A DNA stretch of 64,000 nt, taken from Akkermansiaceae bacterium (lineage in GTDB: Bacteria > Verrucomicrobiota > Verrucomicrobiia > Verrucomicrobiales > Akkermansiaceae). The position numbers and the translations under genes are program-made. Shown here piece by piece: positions 56,048-64,000 of this stretch. The stretch lies in contig CAIZNN010000154.1 in assembly GCA_903934285.1 (NCBI GenBank), positions 6,878 through 70,877 on the forward strand, read 5' to 3'. Positions within the stretch are counted from its first letter, which is position 1. Every line of letters begins with the position of its first letter. The notes beneath the pieces were generated by a model. That model was not told the origin of the DNA, searched no databases, and saw nothing but the letters and a program-made list of their open reading frames with translations.

Positions 56048-56227
56048 ATGAAATCAATCCTACTAATCGCTGCTGTTGCTGTCGCCACCGCGCTCAGCTC
56101 GTGTAACACCATGATCGGCCTGGGCCGCGATATGCGGATGGCGGGTGATGGCGTGGAAAAAGCTGCCAATAAGTCCCAAGGCAGCAAGGGCGGCGGCGGC
56201 GATACTTCCGGCGCCCCGGTGTATTGA
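56048..56227 (+). CDS. Entericidin A/B-family lipoprotein
   Basis: LSSCNTMIGLGRDM..G.GVEKAA lipobox and entericidin signature. Confidence 0.85.
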   Translation: MKSILLIAAVAVATALSSCNTMIGLGRDMRMAGDGVEKAANKSQGSKGGGGDTSGAPVY

Positions 56228-56245
56228 CCCGGGGGGGCACGCTGT

Positions 56246-57136
56246 CTAACTGATGGAGCGCTGCTGCTGCCGCGCCGCGCGCAAGGCCGTGGTGGCATAG
56301 ATGGCGATGGCGAGCCAGATGACTGCGAACGACAGCAGGCGGGCCGGCGTCATCGGCTCGTGGTAAAATTTCCACCCAATGAGGAATTGCAGGCTGGGGC
56401 CAAGGAATTGGAGGATGCCGAGGGTCGAGAGGCGGAGGCTGCGGGTGGCATGGCCGAAGCATAGCAACGGGAGGGCGGTGGCCACCCCGGTGCCAACGAC
56501 CAGCAGGGCATGGCCGGGGCTGCTGCCGAATGCCGCCGCCGGGGTGGGGCTGCTGACGATCAGCCAAACCAGCGCAAGCGGCGCCAGCAGCGCGGTTTCC
56601 GCCGTGAGCCCGGCCAGCGCGCCGAACGGGGCGCGCTTTCTAACAACGCCGTAGAGGGCGAAGCTGAGCGCGAGGACGATGGCGACCCATGGGAAACGGC
56701 CGAGGGCGGGGATTTGCAGGGCGACGCCGCCCAGCGCGAGGGCGATGGCGGCGAGTTGGAGGCGGCTGTGGCGCTCGCCAAACCAGAGGGCGCCGAAGAG
56801 CAAGTTGAAAAACGGATTGAGATAGTAGCCGAGCGAGCTTTCCAGGATGCGTTGGTTGAGGGTGGCCCACACATAGAGCAACCAGTTCGACGATAGCAAC
56901 AGCCCGGAGAGCAATTGCCAGGCCACGGCGTGTGGCGCGCGCAACGCGGTGAGCAATTGGCGGCCCTCGCCGCGCCACCACAGGATGGGCAGCAACAGCA
57001 GCAAGGACCACAGCATGCGCTGCGCGACGATGGCGGTGGGCGGCAGAAACGCCAGTTGTTTCCAATAGATCGGCAACACGCCCCACATGAAAAAGGCGGC
57101 AAGCGCCGCGAGCACGCCAGGGCGGGAGGGATTCAT
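56246..57136 (-). CDS. rarD: RarD/EamA-family permease
   Basis: MWGVLPIYWK, NWLLYVWA, SLGYYLNP, ALSFALYGVVRK, LGILQFLGP. Confidence 0.93.
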   Translation of the reverse strand: MNPSRPGVLAALAAFFMWGVLPIYWKQLAFLPPTAIVAQRMLWSLLLLLPILWWRGEGRQLLTALRAPHAVAWQLLSGLLLSSNWLLYVWATLNQRILESSLGYYLNPFFNLLFGALWFGERHSRLQLAAIALALGGVALQIPALGRFPWVAIVLALSFALYGVVRKRAPFGALAGLTAETALLAPLALVWLIVSSPTPAAAFGSSPGHALLVVGTGVATALPLLCFGHATRSLRLSTLGILQFLGPSLQFLIGWKFYHEPMTPARLLSFAVIWLAIAIYATTALRAARQQQRSIS

Positions 57137-57897
57137 TCCAGCATGTCGCGGGTGACGATGTAATTGGCGGCGCAGCGCGGGCATTGCACCGTGATCGAGT
57201 CCGCGCCGTGGAACAGTTCATCGAGGCGGTGCTTCCACCCCCCAAGCACCGGCAGAATGCGCGTGAGGTCACAGCCGCAATGAAACCGGAAACGGCGGGT
57301 TTCTAGCAACTTGGTTTGTTCATCGGCGTCGAGGGTGGCCACGCTCGTCTCATCCAAGGCGGCCAGCCATGCCAGGTCACAATCCGGCTGTGCGGCCACC
57401 AAGGCGAAGGATTCATCCTCGAGGCGGAAAGCGCGGGCGGGGCGTTGTTCGGATTGCGCGTAGAATTGCGCCAGCCAGCGCACCGGATCGGTGCCGTCCA
57501 CTTCCATGGTGGAGAGGCGGGGGGCGATGCCTTCGATGCTGGTGGTTTGGGAGTAGAAATAGTTGCGATCCGGTTCGCGCACCCCTTCGGTGAAGATGCG
57601 GCCGGTGACGGCTTCTGCCAGCGAACCGCCGGTGACGAAGAGGTTGATGCGTGGCGCGCGCAGGTTGACGGTCCAGGCGAGGGTCTCCGCCCACGGCCGG
57701 GCGACGAGGTGCAGGCTGAGGATGGCCAGCGCGTCCTTGAGCATTTGGTCGAGCTCCGCCGGCGGACGGATGGCATGCTGCATGAGGTGCAGATAGTAGT
57801 CGGTGTAAAGCGGCGTGAACTGCCCGCGCACCAGCAGCGCGTTGCGGTGGCGCACAAAGACGGATTCAATCGTGGTGAATTCTTCCGGGGTGACCAT
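57133..57897 (-). CDS. hslO: Hsp33-like redox-regulated chaperone
   Basis: C-terminal FHCGC..CPRC zinc centre; FYAQSEQRP; N-terminus divergent. Confidence 0.75.
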   Translation of the reverse strand: MVTPEEFTTIESVFVRHRNALLVRGQFTPLYTDYYLHLMQHAIRPPAELDQMLKDALAILSLHLVARPWAETLAWTVNLRAPRINLFVTGGSLAEAVTGRIFTEGVREPDRNYFYSQTTSIEGIAPRLSTMEVDGTDPVRWLAQFYAQSEQRPARAFRLEDESFALVAAQPDCDLAWLAALDETSVATLDADEQTKLLETRRFRFHCGCDLTRILPVLGGWKHRLDELFHGADSITVQCPRCAANYIVTRDMLE

Positions 57898-58037
57898 GAT
57901 GGCAAAGGGTGGTGTGGGGCGGCGGGCCATGACCGACAGCGGCGGCGCCGCAGCCCGCAATCCAAAGTCGGAATCCCGCTATGAAGAGGGAAACCACAGA
58001 TTGTGGCGACGGTGACAGGCCGCCGCCGCAATGCTTG

Positions 58038-60263
<2,226 letters not shown>

Positions 60264-60547
60264 GGAGTGGAAAAAAGAAGAGAGGCGCTGGACTCTGGAA
60301 TGAGGCTACAATTCACCCATTATGGGGCAACGCCGGCATGCCGTGAGCGGTGAGAATGAAAGGGCCTAACCGGATGGCGTCAAGTTTTTATTGGTAATTT
60401 TTTGAGATTGCGCTGCGGAGGGCGGGGATTGGGGGATTTTAGGGGATTTTGGCATTTGCGGTTTGCAAGTGGCCGGGGGCGGGTTACGACTCGGCTGGTT
60501 GCATTGCGATGCGGCCTGCGAAAGTCGCGCCGACCTGCCGAACTCCC

Positions 60548-61288
60548 ATGCCACGCCTCCTGGATGAGCCCAAACCGCGCCGCCCCGCCTATTTTTGGTG
60601 GTTGCTGGCCAATGCCTTGGCGCTGTGTTTTGCGGTCATTAGCTGGGCGGTGTGCCTGCATGTGTTTCGCAATATCGAGATTCCGAGGAATTATGAAATC
60701 CTCCGCAAGCTGCACCGGCTGCCGGTGCTGCAAGCCTACTCGGTGTTGGAGGTGCCCAACGGCACGGCGCTCGGACCCAAGGAATTGTACCAGAAGTTTT
60801 TCGGCTTGGCACCGAAGGATGTGGAGCGTGTCAACACCCTGTTGATGCGGAATTATCTGACGAATTTCGCGCGGCCCTTACTGCTGACGTATATCGAGGG
60901 GGACTATCAGGTCGCCAAGGTCCGCCACCTCGGCACGGCCGATTTTTGCAATCCGGGCTTTGTGATTCGCGCCCAGGCTCTGGTCAAACCCGACGAGTTT
61001 GCCGCGGCTGCGCCGTATCCGCTGCACCTTGAATATGTGTTTCCGACCAGCGACGTGGCGGCGGCGGCGTTCTTCAAAAGCGGGGATGTGCTGGGGGTGA
61101 AAAAGAGCCCGAATTGCGCGGCGGTGGTGCATGTGTCCAAGCTCAGCGTGGAGGGCGAGGCGGTGCTGTTGCTCACGGTCATCCCGCTTGCCTACGGGCC
61201 TTACCAGATCGGCGCGGTGCGCTCCTTTGATATTCAGCCCCCGGAGCAGGTGCGGCCGGGGGCGACGTTTCCCATGTTGGGCAACTGA
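60548..61288 (+). CDS. Membrane-anchored hypothetical protein
   Basis: AYFWWLLANALALCFAVISW TM helix; host-like codons. Confidence 0.7.
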   Translation: MPRLLDEPKPRRPAYFWWLLANALALCFAVISWAVCLHVFRNIEIPRNYEILRKLHRLPVLQAYSVLEVPNGTALGPKELYQKFFGLAPKDVERVNTLLMRNYLTNFARPLLLTYIEGDYQVAKVRHLGTADFCNPGFVIRAQALVKPDEFAAAAPYPLHLEYVFPTSDVAAAAFFKSGDVLGVKKSPNCAAVVHVSKLSVEGEAVLLLTVIPLAYGPYQIGAVRSFDIQPPEQVRPGATFPMLGN

Positions 61289-61496
61289 GCGGCCGGGCGG
61301 CCGGGTGGCCGGGCGGCCAGATGGCACGGGCTGGGCACGAGGGTCTTGCACTTGTGCCGCGCGGACCGATGCCGGGGACCTTCATGCTTTTCCGGCACCC
61401 ATGATGCTGCGGAGCACCAGCATGCCGGGCAGGGACAGCGCGGGGCCGCTGTTGGGGGGGCGAATCCGTGGCTTGCCGGGGTGCGATGTTAGATCC

Positions 61497-61724
61497 TTAG
61501 CAGCCGCATCCACAGCCGCCGCCGCAACCAGCGCGTGGCGCGGGTTGCTTGGTGGACTTGCCGCTGCCCAGGATGCCGAAGCCGCCAAGGATGACGCGGC
61601 GGACCGCTTCGCCGGTTTCCGGGTGCCGGGTCAAGGGCGGGTCCTGCATGCTTTGTTTGAGTTCGAAATAGCTCGGGTCCTCGCCGGGCGTTTGGGGGAT
61701 GGTGGCGTAAACGTAGGTGGTCAT
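61497..61724 (-). CDS. FmdB-family small protein (Cys-less ribbon variant, Cys-rich tail)
   Basis: MTTYVY..FELKQSMQDPPLTRHPETGEAVRRVI.GG; ends CGGGCGCGC. Confidence 0.7.
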   Translation of the reverse strand: MTTYVYATIPQTPGEDPSYFELKQSMQDPPLTRHPETGEAVRRVILGGFGILGSGKSTKQPAPRAGCGGGCGCGC

Positions 61725-61735
61725 GTGAGGTGTGG

Positions 61736-62224
61736 TTAGGTTGCGCTTGGAGATTCCATGTGGCTTGAGCCGCCTGCGCCCGCTTTCGCGGCGTCGCGCC
61801 GGCCGTCGGCGTAGGCTTCGAAAACCCTTTTGATTTCGTCGCGCACGCGGCGGAACACGGCGAGTTGTGCTTCCTCGCCGCCAGGGGCGTTGGCCGGATC
61901 GTCGAAGCCCCAATGATGGCGGTTGAGTTGGCCGGGAAACATCGGGCAGGCCTGGTCGGCATTGCCGCACACGGTGATCACGGTTTCCACATCCAGTTGG
62001 AGATACTCGTCCAGATGCTTGCTGCGGTGGCCGGACAGATCAATGCCGATCTCGGCCATGGCCCGGATGGCGAGCGGATGGACGTGGCCGGCCGGCTTGG
62101 AGCCGGCGCTGCGCACGTCCAACAGGTCGCCTGCGGCATGGCGCAAGATGCCCTCGGCGAGGTGGCTGCGGCACGAATTGCCGGTGCACAGGATCAGGAC
62201 GACGGGTGGGGTGGGTGGCTGCAT
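61736..62224 (-). CDS. arsC: Arsenate reductase, LMW-PTP (thioredoxin-coupled) type
   Basis: [42 protein letters not shown]. Confidence 0.92.
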   Translation of the reverse strand: MQPPTPPVVLILCTGNSCRSHLAEGILRHAAGDLLDVRSAGSKPAGHVHPLAIRAMAEIGIDLSGHRSKHLDEYLQLDVETVITVCGNADQACPMFPGQLNRHHWGFDDPANAPGGEEAQLAVFRRVRDEIKRVFEAYADGRRDAAKAGAGGSSHMESPSAT

Positions 62225-62250
62225 GAATTGTGGGAATTGTGGCAATTGTG

Positions 62251-62619
62251 TTAGACCGGGTGGGGGCCGCATTGGCTGCTGCGGATTTTCCCCAGGCGTG
62301 CGAGATCGTCCTGGAAGACCTTGCCTCTGAAGATGCAGTCCTGCAGGCAGGCGAGGTTGGCCGCCAACTCCGGCCCGGGCTCGGCGGGCAACGCGTACAC
62401 CCGCCACGTGCCGCGCACTTCGACCTCCACCATGGCGTGGCGGCGCAGGTAGGCGAGTTGCTGGGACGTTCTCACCGCGCCGATGCCGAGGACTTGCTCG
62501 ATGTGGCACACGCATTGCGGCCCGATCCGCAGCAGGTTGAGGATGCGCAGGCGCTTCACGTCGCACAGGCACTTGTAGATCGCGACGACTTGCTCGGAAT
62601 TGTTGCGCGTGGCAGGCAT
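62251..62619 (-). CDS. arsR: ArsR/SmtB metalloregulator
   Basis: [35 protein letters not shown] with the CVC As(III)-type site. Confidence 0.92.
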   Translation of the reverse strand: MPATRNNSEQVVAIYKCLCDVKRLRILNLLRIGPQCVCHIEQVLGIGAVRTSQQLAYLRRHAMVEVEVRGTWRVYALPAEPGPELAANLACLQDCIFRGKVFQDDLARLGKIRSSQCGPHPV

Positions 62620-62724
62620 GGCGGAGGGGGTGTTTAAGCGAGAGATTAACTAAGCGCAAGAGGAAATAGTGATTTCGCGCGGAAAGTTTTTGAGTCGTGG
62701 CGGTTAACCTAGCGAGGCTTCGCC

Positions 62725-62945
62725 TCAGACCCAAGACCACAAGACCCAAGACGCAAGACGAAGAAATTTGACCTGACGACAACACATTCGTTTTTTCAAG
62801 GACTCTAGATGGGAAAAAGAGAAACCACAGATTACACGGATTCCACAGATAATGAATGAGTTATGAATTATATGGCAGACACCTTTAGGATGAGCCGAAG
62901 AGTAGATAGATTGCGGTCTTATTTTCCGTGTAATCCTCTTTAATC
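62725..62945. repeat. AT-rich relic with short CAAGAC tandem and an inverted repeat
   Basis: CAGACCCAAGACCACAAGACCCAAGACGCAAGACG (62726-60); GATTACACGGA (62830-40) pairs with TCCGTGTAATC (62925-35). Confidence 0.6.
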
Positions 62946-63137
62946 CGCGAAATTTGCCTGAGGTTGTTTGAATTGCAGCCAAACGCTGAGTTCTGGTCCC
63001 TGCCATTCGCGCGAGTGGCGGCGAGCCGCCGCCGCCGCCACGGCCTGCCGCGAGACGCGGCAGCTACTCGCCCGATGCGCAGTGGCCGGTCAAAACAAGT
63101 GACATTTCCCACGCATGGCTTACAAGAGTCGCCCGTC

Positions 63138-64000
63138 ATGGTTGCCACCGCTGAATCAGTCTCGTCATGCGTTGCTCCGCTGGGTTCGTTCGGATTGACT
63201 CCGGGCGGCGTGGTGGTCTGCGAAGATCCGCAAGGCGTCGTGTGGCAGGCCTTTGCGGAGTCCGAACCGGCGGGACTCATTGCCCTCGGTGGCCAAGCCG
63301 CCGCACCCGGTGCCGACGCCGCATGCCTGTTTTGGAAATCGGTGGCCGACCACTTCATCCGCAGTCTGTGCCAAATCCCCGAAACTGGCGATGCGATCCC
63401 CGAGTTGCCGGCGCCGCCCGACGCCGCCACCCTCGCCACCTGGACGCTCAATGCGCCCCCGATGCGTGGCGCGGAATACCTCTCGCCTGACATCCTCCGC
63501 GGGCTGTGGGAGCGCCTTGTGGTGTGGACTCGCGCCCGGGTCGCCAGCGAGAAAAACATTGCCGCGTTCCTGCAGCGCCACGCCCCGGCCTGGTCGCGGG
63601 TCGGGCGCGTCACCCTGCACCTCGCGGAAAACAAGCACGACCCGGAGTGCCCGTTCGCCTTCATGGCCTCCTACGCCTCCGGCCTGTCGCAAGCCGGACG
63701 CCTCACCCAGTTGCCGCTCGGCAAGGCACTCCAGGAATTCAGTGGCGCGAAAAACAAACCCGCCTTGCTCAAACTGCTCACCCCGCTGCATGCCGCCGCC
63801 AAATCCTGCCCGCTGATGACCTCGCTGGTGGACTCCGGCGATGTCTTCCACCCGCTCGCCTGGACCCCGCAGGAAGCCTACGAATTCCTCCGCCACATCC
63901 CTGCCTACGAGGACGCTGGCCTGCTCGTGCGCCTGCCGAATTGGTGGCAAAAACGCGGCACCCGTCCGCAAGTCGCCGCCACCATCGGTGAAAAACATGG
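63138..64000 (+). CDS. SNF2-family helicase, N-terminal part; runs off the window end
   Basis: Manual translation is open to the end: NAPPMRGAEYLS, GRVTLHLAENK.DPECPFAFMASY, LPLGKALQEF, HPLAWTPQEAYEFL, GLLVRLPNWW. This matches the N-terminus of SWIM-associated SNF2 proteins as I recall it. Alternative start 63075. Confidence 0.8.
   Translation, partial: MVATAESVSSCVAPLGSFGLTPGGVVVCEDPQGVVWQAFAESEPAGLIALGGQAAAPGADAACLFWKSVADHFIRSLCQIPETGDAIPELPAPPDAATLATWTLNAPPMRGAEYLSPDILRGLWERLVVWTRARVASEKNIAAFLQRHAPAWSRVGRVTLHLAENKHDPECPFAFMASYASGLSQAGRLTQLPLGKALQEFSGAKNKPALLKLLTPLHAAAKSCPLMTSLVDSGDVFHPLAWTPQEAYEFLRHIPAYEDAGLLVRLPNWWQKRGTRPQVAATIGEKH

Noticed and set aside
61289-61318. GGCCGGGC 8-bp tandem after a stop codon
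   Set aside because: Short GC-only microsatellite, expected in a high-GC genome.

Overview
GC-rich bacterial chromosomal window. Gene content (Verru_Chthon-type pilin cassette, prenyltransferase-repeat/ExbBD cluster, long N-terminal RpoD) points to Verrucomicrobiota; this assignment is an inference. Housekeeping genes (recQ, dgt, rpoA-rplQ, bioD, murJ, hisD, def, trxA, infC, nadB, purB, trmB, comEC, hslO-like, rpoD) are mixed with accessory elements: a vapBC and a hicBA toxin-antitoxin module, a truncated opgH, a RACo/DUF1638/AraC corrinoid-activation trio, a ~16 kb co-oriented envelope cluster (two ExbBD sets, TPR proteins, prenyltransferase-repeat protein, four pilin-like genes), a Y1/RAYT transposase, a MacAB-OMF efflux operon, arsR-arsC and the start of an SNF2 helicase. 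I found no rRNA, tRNA or CRISPR array. Main unexplained signals: (1) the pentamer CTAAC/GTTAG is about tenfold more frequent than the same-composition CTAAG/CTTAG across the window (manual count); (2) two 135-bp direct repeats resembling a diversity-generating-retroelement template/spacer enclose hicBA and a MazE stub, with no reverse transcriptase in view; (3) many genes have sigma70 promoters ending 6-7 nt before the start codon, suggesting leaderless mRNAs; (4) an HDAC-family protein has degenerate catalytic motifs. All family assignments come from motif recognition by eye, not database searches.
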